Source of the DNA: Leptospira sp.
GTDB taxonomy: Bacteria; Spirochaetota; Leptospiria; Leptospirales; Leptospiraceae
Direction of reading: 5' to 3'
Assembly (NCBI GenBank): GCA_034439575.1
Contig: JAWXAQ010000005.1
Coordinates: forward strand, 83,108-147,107
Length of the DNA: 64,000 nt
The translations under genes and the position numbers were made by a program. This document shows, piece by piece, positions 30,496 to 39,918 of the stretch (the stretch's first letter is position 1; each line of letters starts with the position of its first letter). The notes beneath the pieces were generated by a model. That model ran no database searches. It had not been told where the DNA came from and saw only the letters and a program-made list of their open reading frames with translations.

Positions 30496-32493
30496 ATGCC
30501 AAAATTAAAGCTAAATACATATACATTCAGAATTTTAACTTTTTGGGGATTTGTAAATTTATTATCTGGATTCGGCACATTCGTATATTATGAATTTCTA
30601 ACATTTAGACAATTCGATGGGATAGATGCAGTTTTGCTTTTTACTTTCTCATTATTATTCTTACACTTATCCTATGGCGCATCCATTGCTTTATTTGGAT
30701 TTTTACAGCATTTTTTTGGTGGTGATACATTAAGTTGTCGTTTAAGAGAATCAGAACTTGCAGACATACCTCTTGAAAATGTATCTGTCGCAGTGGTGAT
30801 TCCAATTTTCAATGAAAATCCAAATGAAGTTTATGACCGCATAGCAAGAATGTATAATGAATTAAAAAAATTCAATGAGCAAAAATCTTTCGATTTTTTT
30901 ATCCTGAGCGATTCAAATGATATTTCCGTTTGGTTAAAGGAAGAATCAGAATTCATTTCTCTATTAAAAAATACCAATGGCTGGGGCAGAATTTACTATC
31001 GTCGCAGAAAATCAAACACGAATGGTAAGAGTGGAAATATATCAGATTTTTGTAGACGTTTTGGAAAAAATTACCGTTATATGTTAGTCCTTGATGCTGA
31101 TAGTTATATGGATGCCAAGGGGATAATCCTACTAACAAAAAAAATGGAAAGCGAACCAACACTTGGTATTTTACAAACAAATCCATTAATTTATAAAGTA
31201 AAAACTTCATTTCAAAATATTTTTAAAAACTCACAATCACTCTATAGCGAATATTATCTGGCAGGAGCTAACTACTGGCAGATGAATTCAAGTTCTTTTT
31301 GGGGGCATAATGCAATGATTCGTTTGGATCCATTCATTGCTCATTGCGCATTACCAAAACTTCCAAAGTTTGGTGCCATCGGTGGAAAAATTCTAAGTCA
31401 TGACACCATTGAAGCCGCTTTAATACGACGTTCAGGGTATTCTGTTCGGTTTTCGCTTGATCCGATAGGAAGTTATGAAGAGTATCCACCAACTTGGATA
31501 GAGTCTTTACAACGTGACCAAAGATGGTGCCAAGGGAACATACAACATTTTTGGTTTTTAGGTGCGAAAGAATTAAATATGCATTCTAAAATTTCAATTC
31601 TGCTTGGCATTTTTTCTTACTTGTCTAGTCTCATGTGGCTCTTATTTATTTTCCTATCTTCATATTTATATCTATCTGATCTTAGATTTTTTCGATTAGC
31701 ATTCAACTCGCAAGATTTTGAATTAATTTTCAAAGAACTCTATTTACAAAAGGCGATACAATTGCAATGGATCACCTTATCCATGCTATTTGTGCCAAAA
31801 ATCATAGCTTTTATTATTGACTTGATTCTTCCTAAACGATTAGGGAACTCTCGCTTAAAGACGGCCAAATTTTTCATCATAGAAAGTTTCACTTCCTTCC
31901 TGATGGCACCAACTAACATGATCATGCATGTTCAATTTGTTATTTTCACTCTCTTTGGGAAAAAGGTAATTTGGAAAAATCAGAATCGAAATGTGAATAA
32001 AATATTAAATTTAAAAACTGCTTTTGCAAATTTTAAAATTCCGTTTGTTTTTGGAATATTATTATCATTCGGTTTATATCGATTGGAAATGTTATTATTC
32101 TTTTGGTTGTCACCTATTTGGATTTCCTGGATCCTTTCTCCTTTCCTTGCGATTTTAACATCTAAACCGATTCGTAATAATTTTATTACACCTAACAATG
32201 ATAAGAAATTAATAGAAAATGAAATCATTCAAAAGGATAATGCATTAAAATTAGCACTCACACATCCATATTTTTTTGGCATACATTTATTTATGGTGCG
32301 CGAGAGACTTTTGGAAAAACAAAAAACAAAAGATTCACTGCGAATTCTAAGCGAAAATCTCCTTCGGCTCGGCCCAAAGGAGATCAGTCCAAATGTAATT
32401 TCAAGAATCCTTCACAACAAAACAGCATTGTTATATTTCCATAATTTATATTGGAAAACTTTGCCTAATGACCGTTCGCCTTACTGGAATTAA
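30496..32493 (+). CDS. opgH: Glucans biosynthesis glucosyltransferase H
   Basis: 'PIFNE', 'FFILSDS', 'KSGNISDF', 'VLDADS', 'FWGHNAMIR', 'LSHD', 'RDQRWCQGN'. Confidence 0.95.
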   Translation: MPKLKLNTYTFRILTFWGFVNLLSGFGTFVYYEFLTFRQFDGIDAVLLFTFSLLFLHLSYGASIALFGFLQHFFGGDTLSCRLRESELADIPLENVSVAVVIPIFNENPNEVYDRIARMYNELKKFNEQKSFDFFILSDSNDISVWLKEESEFISLLKNTNGWGRIYYRRRKSNTNGKSGNISDFCRRFGKNYRYMLVLDADSYMDAKGIILLTKKMESEPTLGILQTNPLIYKVKTSFQNIFKNSQSLYSEYYLAGANYWQMNSSSFWGHNAMIRLDPFIAHCALPKLPKFGAIGGKILSHDTIEAALIRRSGYSVRFSLDPIGSYEEYPPTWIESLQRDQRWCQGNIQHFWFLGAKELNMHSKISILLGIFSYLSSLMWLLFIFLSSYLYLSDLRFFRLAFNSQDFELIFKELYLQKAIQLQWITLSMLFVPKIIAFIIDLILPKRLGNSRLKTAKFFIIESFTSFLMAPTNMIMHVQFVIFTLFGKKVIWKNQNRNVNKILNLKTAFANFKIPFVFGILLSFGLYRLEMLLFFWLSPIWISWILSPFLAILTSKPIRNNFITPNNDKKLIENEIIQKDNALKLALTHPYFFGIHLFMVRERLLEKQKTKDSLRILSENLLRLGPKEISPNVISRILHNKTALLYFHNLYWKTLPNDRSPYWN

Positions 32494-32508
32494 TCTTTTA
32501 TTTTTACT

Positions 32509-33345
32509 CTAACCTCTGATATGATATCCACCGTCTACGTTTCGAATTTCACCTGTGATTCGATTATTTTTTCTAAGTAGATAAACGACTTCATCAGCTA
32601 AATCTTGAGGTTTGGCATTTCCTAATGGTGATTTATTATCAGATTCCAAAACTGCTTCGGCTAATCCTTCAATAGCACTTCCTGCCTTACTCGCTGTATA
32701 TGGTGAGAACCTGATTGCATTTACTTGAATACCTTTTGCTTTACCAAGTTCATAAGCCAATTCTTTAGTGAGTCTTTCGAGAGCAGCCTTTGCGATTCCT
32801 ATATTTTTATATGGATGGCTGACTATTTTTTCTGCACCCAAATAACTTAATGCAAGAATTGAGGATTGTTTTTGCAAAACATCTTCAAAATACAGAGCTT
32901 TTGTCAATGCTAATAATGAATATGCGGATATATTCATAGCATCCATAAATTCTTCTCTACTGACTTCCAAAATTGGCTTCACCTTGCCTTGACGAATTGT
33001 TTTGTCCATTGCAATGGAATGAACGAAACCATTGATCTGAACATTTTCTTTTTTCAAAACTTTTACAAAATCATCAATACTTTCTTGAATGCCAACATCA
33101 AGAGCATATGTTCGCACTTCTTTACCAAGTTCACTTTGAACCGTCTTTTCAAAGTCAGAGAATGTTTTTTCCAAGTATGACAATCCATTTTCTGATAGAT
33201 TTTTATGGTGAATTGTTTTTCCGAGTCCAGTGCAAATTAAATTTGCACCTTGTTTTTTACATTCCTTCGCTATATACAGAGCTAAAGAAGATGAATCTGT
33301 AATTCCCGTTATAATGACCGTTTGATTTTTTAATACGTTTTCCAT
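32509..33345 (-). CDS. fabI: Enoyl-ACP reductase (SDR, FabI-like)
   Basis: 'ITGITDSSSLA', 'VHSIA', 'ISAYSL', 'LSYLGAE...YKNIGIAKAALE', 'VDGG'. Confidence 0.82.
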   Translation of the reverse strand: MENVLKNQTVIITGITDSSSLALYIAKECKKQGANLICTGLGKTIHHKNLSENGLSYLEKTFSDFEKTVQSELGKEVRTYALDVGIQESIDDFVKVLKKENVQINGFVHSIAMDKTIRQGKVKPILEVSREEFMDAMNISAYSLLALTKALYFEDVLQKQSSILALSYLGAEKIVSHPYKNIGIAKAALERLTKELAYELGKAKGIQVNAIRFSPYTASKAGSAIEGLAEAVLESDNKSPLGNAKPQDLADEVVYLLRKNNRITGEIRNVDGGYHIRG

Positions 33346-33353
33346 AAAATTTC

Positions 33354-33656
33354 CTAATTGAATCTTTCTCGTCTAACAACTTTTACATCTGAAGAAAAAA
33401 CAATCATCGCATATTTATCTAAATATTTATCAGTCATTATCTCGATTATTTTTTCAGCCTTTGACTCAGAAACTAATGATTCTATTCTAATACTTTTCCC
33501 TTCCCATGATGAGTTATGTATAGAATTCAAACCTTCTCCGCGAGCTTCCGTGATCGTGTATCCTTTAACAGAAACACTCTTTAGATCTTCAATGATCTTA
33601 TTTTCTATAGCATCGTCGGCTATAATTGTGATTAATTTTGCTGTATCTAATTTCAT
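33354..33656 (-). CDS. sbtB: PII-like SbtB-type regulator
   Basis: 'KLITII...KGYTITEARGEG...IRIESLV...VVRRERF'; directly after sbtA. ATG at 33656. Confidence 0.8.
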   Translation of the reverse strand: MKLDTAKLITIIADDAIENKIIEDLKSVSVKGYTITEARGEGLNSIHNSSWEGKSIRIESLVSESKAEKIIEIMTDKYLDKYAMIVFSSDVKVVRRERFN

Positions 33657-33657
33657 G

Positions 33658-34629
33658 TTATGCTCCATAAATGATTTTTGCCATAGACAAATAAAGTGGA
33701 ATGCCGATTGAAATATTAAAAGGAAACGTAATCGCAAGGGCAGCGGTTAAATAATAGGCTGGACTTGCTTCCGGAAGGGCAATCCGTATCGCAGAAGGTG
33801 CGGCAATGTAGGAAGCACTAGCGGCTAAGGTCGCAAGTATTGAAGCTCCGCCTAACGATAAACCTGCAATTTTTGCCAATAGTAATGCAAAAAATGAGCA
33901 CATTATTGGAAATATAATTCCAAACCCTATCAAAAACACTCCTGCTTTTTTAAGATCAGATAACCTTCTACCTGTTACAATTCCTACTTCAAGCAAAAAG
34001 AGTATCAGAACACCACGAAATGGGGTATCGAACAATGGCCCAAATTGTTCTAAACCCTTTTTACCTGAAAGTAAGCCAATCATTAGTCCACCTAACAAAA
34101 GCAATGTACCTTTCCCTGCAAATAATTCATGTAAAACTTTTTTCCAGGAATCGGAATCCTCTCCTGATTTTGATTTAACTATAAAAATTGCAATTATGAT
34201 CGCTGGGACTTCCATAATCGCAAGCATACTTGGCATAAACCCTTCGTAAGTGATATGTTGTGAGTCCATGAAAGCTAATGCTTCACTGAATGTGACTGCC
34301 GATACTGAACCATAATGTGCTGCGAGGGCTGCGGCATTGACCATATCATATTTCCCTAGTCTGGTTAATATCACGTAGGCAATGACCGGAATTGTAATGC
34401 ACAATAGTATAGCCGCGAGAGCCGGTTTATAAAATTCTTCTATGGTCGTATTACTTAATTTTACTCCACCTTTCAAGCCTATGGCGAGTAACAAATAAAT
34501 TGTCAAGCCTGTGTACATTCCGTCCGGAAATTTAAGATCACTTTTTATAAGTGTGGCAAAAATACCCAAAAAAAATGCTAAGAACATGGGAGTTCTTAGA
34601 TTTGATAACAATGCTTCTGCGATTTCCAT
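33658..34629 (-). CDS. sbtA: Sodium-dependent bicarbonate transporter, SbtA family
   Basis: 'KSDLKFP', 'YLLLAIGLKGG', 'AAHYGSVSAVTF', 'ASASYIAAP', 'ITFPFNI'. Confidence 0.9.
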   Translation of the reverse strand: MEIAEALLSNLRTPMFLAFFLGIFATLIKSDLKFPDGMYTGLTIYLLLAIGLKGGVKLSNTTIEEFYKPALAAILLCITIPVIAYVILTRLGKYDMVNAAALAAHYGSVSAVTFSEALAFMDSQHITYEGFMPSMLAIMEVPAIIIAIFIVKSKSGEDSDSWKKVLHELFAGKGTLLLLGGLMIGLLSGKKGLEQFGPLFDTPFRGVLILFLLEVGIVTGRRLSDLKKAGVFLIGFGIIFPIMCSFFALLLAKIAGLSLGGASILATLAASASYIAAPSAIRIALPEASPAYYLTAALAITFPFNISIGIPLYLSMAKIIYGA

Positions 34630-34638
34630 TTTGTCTCC

Positions 34639-35325
34639 TTACTTATTCATATCCAAGATAAATTTTTCTGTCAGGAATTCTACTTTGCCTGTTTCGAGAT
34701 CATAGATTCCTCCTACAATTTGAATTTCTTTGTTCTTTGTTAATTTTGATAAAACTGGTTCAAGATTACGCAAGGATTGCACTTGTAAGGCGACATTTAC
34801 TTTAACGCTGTTTTCTATATGATCCCCAGGCAAATTGAGTGCTTTTTCTGCTGCTGGCTTTATTGAATTTACTAGTGTGACGATATGACCCGGTACTTCG
34901 GGAACTTTACAGGCTGCAGCGACTGCACCGCACTTGCTATGTCCAAGCACTACAACCAACTTGGCACCCAATGCTACAGTAGCAAATTCGATGCTTCCCC
35001 AAGACGCATAAGAAGAAACTTGGCCTGCTGTCCTAACAATGAACAGGTCCCCTAATCCTTGATCAAAAATAATTTCACTTGGGACACGTGAATCCGAACA
35101 ACCAACTATGACCGCGAACGGTTTTTGTTGTATGGCTACTTCCTTCAAGCGATCAATTGACTGATTTGGTTTAAGTGTTTTGCCAGTGATAAACCTTTGA
35201 TTCCCATCTGTTAATCTCTGTAGTGCATCAATAGTTGCCTTATTTTGAGCATCTAGAGCTAGAGAATTAAAGAATAATGCGGTCACTAGAAATAGACCTT
35301 CCTTAGAATTAATTCTTTGTTTCAT
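34639..35325 (-). CDS. Beta-class carbonic anhydrase with putative signal peptide
   Basis: Zn motifs 'GCSDSRVP' and 'LGHSKCGAV'; 'GDLFIVRTAG'; hydrophobic N-terminus. Alternative start 35343. Confidence 0.93.
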   Translation of the reverse strand: MKQRINSKEGLFLVTALFFNSLALDAQNKATIDALQRLTDGNQRFITGKTLKPNQSIDRLKEVAIQQKPFAVIVGCSDSRVPSEIIFDQGLGDLFIVRTAGQVSSYASWGSIEFATVALGAKLVVVLGHSKCGAVAAACKVPEVPGHIVTLVNSIKPAAEKALNLPGDHIENSVKVNVALQVQSLRNLEPVLSKLTKNKEIQIVGGIYDLETGKVEFLTEKFILDMNK

Positions 35326-35369
35326 TTTTTCACCCTGCTTCATTTATATCAGAAAAGAGAAAAAAGGTC

Positions 35370-35391
35370 GTCCCAGCTTATAAGTTGGAAC
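35370..35391. promoter_or_regulatory. Imperfect inverted repeat, candidate operator between divergent CA operon and AraC gene
   Basis: GTCCCAGCTTATAAGTTGGAAC is symmetric at 18 of 22 positions and lies in a very short divergent gap. Confidence 0.5.
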
Positions 35392-35398
35392 TAAAAAA

Positions 35399-36967
35399 AT
35401 GATTCAGATAATTTTTAACTATTTGCTTTATTTAAGCCTACTCCTTGTTAGAGTTGGTCATTTACAGGCCTCAGATATAAACTCATCTTTTTCTTTAACT
35501 CCCAAAGGGCAAAATATAGAATATTTCCAAAAGTTGGATGAAAAATCATTAGTGATCCATTATGGTTTCAAAGAGGATAAAGTATCTTTTACGTTAGAAT
35601 CTCAAAATAACTTCAACAAACCAAAACAACATTTTTTGATCTTTCTTTGGAGCCATTTGGATGAAGTGGAAGTCTGTTTAAAAAATCTGCCATGTCAAAA
35701 AGCAGGTTATATTCAACCCGTATCAAACTGGCCTATCCAACAAATTTTTCCTACGTTTCCGATTGAATTGATTCCAAATGAAAATCAATCAATTGATATA
35801 CATATTAAATCAAAAAATTATATAGAATCTGAAATTAAACTCGTCTCCACAGAAGAACTGTTTGGACTAATTGGCTGGTACATTGGCCTTGTTATTATTT
35901 TTTTTGTGATCATATTTTTATTTCTTACTAGATTGATTTTTATATATTTTAAGTTTCGAAAACGATGGATGCTTTATTTGATCGCATTTCATTTTTCGAT
36001 ACTATTAGTTTTTATTTTTGGTTCTGGCATTGCGAATTTTTATTTATTTCCTACTTTAAGTATCCCACTTTCTTTATGTAAAAAAATAATTATAGGATTA
36101 CTAATCATTACAGGAAGCGCATGGCTTTCGAATTATTTTGAAACAAAAAAAAATCATCCAATCATTTATAAAATTTACCAAATAGCTATTTTATTTACGT
36201 TTTTATTAATATGTCTGAGCTTCACGGAAACCCCTAGACTTTTTATCTCTGTTTTCTATTCATGTTTGTATTTAGGATTAACTCTACTCTCATTAAAACT
36301 TGCGATATCAAAACTTAATGATCAATTAATACCTGCTCCATGGTTAATACTTAGCCTCTTATGCTTATTTACATTCGAAATTTTGAATATATTTTCTTAT
36401 GAAACCTTTGATTCGCATGATAGTAAAATTTATTTATTTTTTCTTGGAATTTTTTTACCGGCGAATGCTTTCTTTGTTTCGCGAACAATTAAAAGTCATA
36501 TAAAAGAAATAGAATCTGAATTGACCTTATCGAAATTAGAAATTCAAAAATTTAAACAAGATATCAATCAAACAATACACATCACACCAAAAAATGATAA
36601 AAAATCTCACTTAAACGGTGTTGATATAGAATTGATCCTTAGTAAATTAAATAATTTAATGATGTTAGATAAAGTATTTCGAGAAGAGGAGCTTCGTCTC
36701 TCCGACTTAGCCGCTTTACTTGGATTAAGTGTCCACCAAACTTCAGAAGTATTAAATCAATTTTTGAATATATCATTTGTTGATTTAATAAAGAAATATA
36801 GAATCGAAGAAGCAAAACGATTGTTACAAATGAATTTAAATAAATCCGTATTTGACATAGCCTTAGAATGTGGATTCACCTCTAAATCTGTATTCAATTC
36901 CGCGTTTCGTAAATATGTGGCTATGACACCTTTAGAATACAGGAAATATATTTCACAGAATCAGTGA
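35399..36967 (+). CDS. Membrane-bound AraC-family regulator (7TM-DISM-like sensor)
   Basis: Extracellular domain, ~7 TMs, C-terminal AraC HTH 'LRLSDLAALLGLSVHQTSEVLN...IALECGFTSKSVFNSAFRKYVAMTPLEYR'. Confidence 0.9.
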   Translation: MIQIIFNYLLYLSLLLVRVGHLQASDINSSFSLTPKGQNIEYFQKLDEKSLVIHYGFKEDKVSFTLESQNNFNKPKQHFLIFLWSHLDEVEVCLKNLPCQKAGYIQPVSNWPIQQIFPTFPIELIPNENQSIDIHIKSKNYIESEIKLVSTEELFGLIGWYIGLVIIFFVIIFLFLTRLIFIYFKFRKRWMLYLIAFHFSILLVFIFGSGIANFYLFPTLSIPLSLCKKIIIGLLIITGSAWLSNYFETKKNHPIIYKIYQIAILFTFLLICLSFTETPRLFISVFYSCLYLGLTLLSLKLAISKLNDQLIPAPWLILSLLCLFTFEILNIFSYETFDSHDSKIYLFFLGIFLPANAFFVSRTIKSHIKEIESELTLSKLEIQKFKQDINQTIHITPKNDKKSHLNGVDIELILSKLNNLMMLDKVFREEELRLSDLAALLGLSVHQTSEVLNQFLNISFVDLIKKYRIEEAKRLLQMNLNKSVFDIALECGFTSKSVFNSAFRKYVAMTPLEYRKYISQNQ

Positions 36968-37264
36968 ATTTGAAATTCGAAAGTAAATTCAATTAGACAA
37001 AGAACTGATTTAGGTATCTTTCTTATTTAAATAACACCGAGTAATCGCGGTCGGTTTCGTTAGGCAAATGCCTTGATTTGATTATGATTGGTTAAATCAA
37101 GAATTTTGTTGCCGCAAGTTGAAAGTGTTTCCATGGTATCTCAGGTTTCATCTCAAACCAGGTTTGGATGAGTACAACTATATATCGGTTTTGATCCATA
37201 AGATCAATTACATTCAAATAAAAGTTCTATGATATTGATAAAAGAATCCACTCTAAAATCTCAT

Positions 37265-37858
37265 TTACTTTATTGCCAAATTAGATAATTTTTTAGCATC
37301 TGAGGCTACATCCGCAAATCCCACTTTCAATTGTCTCATATATTTTATATCACGGGAAGATCGATATAACATTACACATCCTGTATGAACGATCAGAATT
37401 TTTTCGGCTACGCGTCTTGCATGATTTGATCTACCGTAAAACTTTATATAGGCGCGTTCTTGCATAGCTAACCATTCAGTTTCAATTGAGCGCAAAATAT
37501 TTATAAAATAAATTCTTTCTGATATATCAAGTTCGCTAGAAAATGCGGTAAATGGACAACCAAAAAATTCATTGCGCCTAGCAAGCATAATAAGCGATGT
37601 AGCCCAATTGGATAGATATTGATCAAATGTCTTTGCTCTCTTCTGTAAGCTTTCAAGCATTTCAAAAAGTATCGTCGAACGGTATTCGAGATATGCAAGT
37701 CCAAGTGAATTTTTTGATTCGAAATGGTAGTATAGAGTCGGTTTTTTAACACCGACTACACGAGTAATCTCATCCATTCCTGTGTTGTTGAATCCTTTAG
37801 AATAAAAAAGGACACTTGCTTTTTCTATAATTTTTCCCCGAGTGTTTAATTCGATCAA
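37265..37858 (-). CDS. TetR-family regulator (NemR/YxaF-like)
   Basis: 'KGFNNTGMDEITRVVGVKKPTLYYHFESK', 'FFGCPF'; TTG start overlapping the upstream TGA. Confidence 0.9.
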   Translation of the reverse strand: MIELNTRGKIIEKASVLFYSKGFNNTGMDEITRVVGVKKPTLYYHFESKNSLGLAYLEYRSTILFEMLESLQKRAKTFDQYLSNWATSLIMLARRNEFFGCPFTAFSSELDISERIYFINILRSIETEWLAMQERAYIKFYGRSNHARRVAEKILIVHTGCVMLYRSSRDIKYMRQLKVGFADVASDAKKLSNLAIK

Positions 37859-38568
37859 TTGACACCTTTTGATTTATCAAAAAGAAATGTAGCCCTCTCA
37901 GGATGGTATGTTTTCATATAATCTCGGAATTCGCCGAGTTTAAATGCACATGGATAACGATCACGATTCCAAAAATTTATTGGCTCACCAACGATATGCC
38001 ATGGAATCCCAATTCGACGATGATATTTGTATACGATTTTTTCCATATCTGCGATGCCGAGAAACTCATTTTCACGCTCAGAAAAATCTTGCATCAAGCC
38101 TCGTAACAAAAGATCGAATATGAAAATAGATTTTGTTCGATCTATATTATATTTTTCCAAAGCGTCTTTGTTGATAGCAGTGCGCCAACCATTGAAAACA
38201 AAATTTATTGAACCAGCATTCATATCACTAACAATCTTATTTAGATCGAGATTGTATTTTTCTTCTGTTGGTAATGCGGACTCTTGTTTTGATAAATCAT
38301 TAACGATTATTCCCCACGTACCCACTAATTCACCAGATGTATGTCGAACACCACACACTCTTGCACGTAAAAAATTTTCAAAGGCTGCTGGCGCGATTTC
38401 ATCCATAGGTACCTCTGGATCACCGCAAGTTGAACCAAATGCCTCGTTATAAACTGTGTAGATATGATGATTAAATTCTTCGATAGCATCAGTGCCGAGA
38501 AGCCATAGATCTAATTCACCGAAAGATTCAATTTTTTGAGAAACAGCACCAGAAAGCCCTAACTCCAT
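37855..38568 (-). CDS. Hypothetical protein, possible GNAT/acyl-synthase-like fold
   Basis: 237 aa with AAGGAG RBS; 'GELVGTWG', 'LPTEEKYNLDL', 'RTAI', 'YHRRIGIPWHIVGEP' pattern. Confidence 0.7.
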   Translation of the reverse strand: MELGLSGAVSQKIESFGELDLWLLGTDAIEEFNHHIYTVYNEAFGSTCGDPEVPMDEIAPAAFENFLRARVCGVRHTSGELVGTWGIIVNDLSKQESALPTEEKYNLDLNKIVSDMNAGSINFVFNGWRTAINKDALEKYNIDRTKSIFIFDLLLRGLMQDFSERENEFLGIADMEKIVYKYHRRIGIPWHIVGEPINFWNRDRYPCAFKLGEFRDYMKTYHPERATFLFDKSKGVN

Positions 38569-38620
38569 ATAAACTCCTTTAGCTTTGCAAAAATTCTAAA
38601 TATTAATTAAACTATATACC

Positions 38621-38632
38621 TACCGATCGGTA
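38621..38632. promoter_or_regulatory. Perfect palindrome TACCGATCGGTA, candidate TetR operator in a promoter spacer
   Basis: On the minus strand it lies within TTGATT-17 nt-TATATA, ~55 nt upstream of the GNAT-like/TetR operon. Confidence 0.7.
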
Positions 38633-38752
38633 TATAATCAAGTGAAAATCTCAATAAATCCGCCAACATAGTGACATGCCATTTGTTTTTCGTCACGTCA
38701 TAGAGAGTATCTTGAAATCAAAATTGGATTGTTAAATGAAAAATAGATATAA

Positions 38753-38971
38753 ATGGAAAACCATAATTCACTCACCTTGATTGATTCGCAGACTGGAAAT
38801 TTAGCTTTTAAAATTTTTCCTTCTGAAAATAACCTTTACTATAATCATTTCCATTTAGATTTTTTTTTCAAATTAAAAGATCAAAAAGAAATATCATGCA
38901 ATGGAATCTTATTTAATGATATTTATCATTCTCCCGAAGTTAAATTGAAAAAAGGATTGAAAATTAATTGA
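38753..38971 (+). pseudogene. Remnant of an AraC-family regulator N-terminal domain
   Basis: 'LTLIDSQTGNLAFKIFP' joined to 'FHLDFF...KEISCNGILFNDIY' resembles a cupin-AraC N-terminus with the middle and the HTH missing. Confidence 0.55.
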
Positions 38972-39132
38972 GATTTAACCTGAAATAGTTCTGTTGGTAT
39001 GATGCATGTCACTAGACTATAAATTGGTATGTTTGGCGATATGATCATAGCGACACTCTGTTCGTGAAATAAAGTAATTCTTTCCTTTAATATTTAATTT
39101 TATCCATCTGTTTACTTGAAATGGAGTAACAG

Positions 39133-39417
39133 TTGAAAATTATATTCAACCTATTAATTGCTCTTGTGTTTATAATAAACATAAGTGCAGAAAACTACAC
39201 CGTGTTTATTCATAGAAAATCTAGCAAAAACCAAAACGGCGTAGTAACAACAGCTAAAGGCCTTAACATTACAAAAGTAATAGCTCTGGTAGCAGCTTTC
39301 GGAAGCTCTAAATTAGCAAATGTGATTGAATGCACAACATATACTCAATATTCAGGTCACATCAGAGCGGTTTCTTTAACGTCTGCTGGATTGTATAAAA
39401 TCATAGCAAGATCATGA
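39133..39417 (+). pseudogene. Probable remnant of a secreted alpha/beta-hydrolase-like protein
   Basis: Signal-like N-terminus; 'VFIHR' (cf. FIHG) closely followed by 'ITKVIALVAAFGSSKLAN' (cf. GGSELA); nucleophile region absent. Confidence 0.4.
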
Positions 39418-39918
39418 ACGAAGGGAATCGTTAAGTTATTATCACCGAGACAAAAGTCTGTCAATTCGAATTACAATATATAAACTGTTTATATAAATAT
39501 ATTTTTTTTATATCACAGACATTAGGTGCTCACTAATTAGATAAATGCATTCCTGCACTGAAAATTTAAATCAATTATAATTATTATAACGATTAAACAC
39601 AATTACGATTTGCCTTTTACCTCTTCCAGAGATATTTGTTTATTCATCTTAGTTTCTTTTAGAACTGGTTGGGTCAAAAGCGAGAATAGCCCAGTTATAT
39701 GCAAGATTAGCATAAGAAGGCTCTATCATTGCTAAATGCAATTTTCAGAGTATTATAGATATAAAATTATTGTCGCCTTTATGCCATCTGGCATGTTATC
39801 ATGGAAATTGTGCCTAAAAGAATCAGCATCTCTAATTATTTTTCAAATCGGTTCTCGAAAACGATTACTTATTTCATTTGTGTTTGGTTAAGTGGTCGAA
39901 AATAGGCGATTGAATAGT

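Noticed and set aside
33657-33737. N-terminal extension of the PII-like ORF in the ORF track
   Set aside because: It overlaps the sbtA 3' end. The ATG at 33656 has a GGAG RBS and gives a normal ~100-aa PII-like protein.
37060-37134. tmRNA tag (ORF ends ...KAFA)
   Set aside because: No tRNA-like ends and no ALAA-type terminus.
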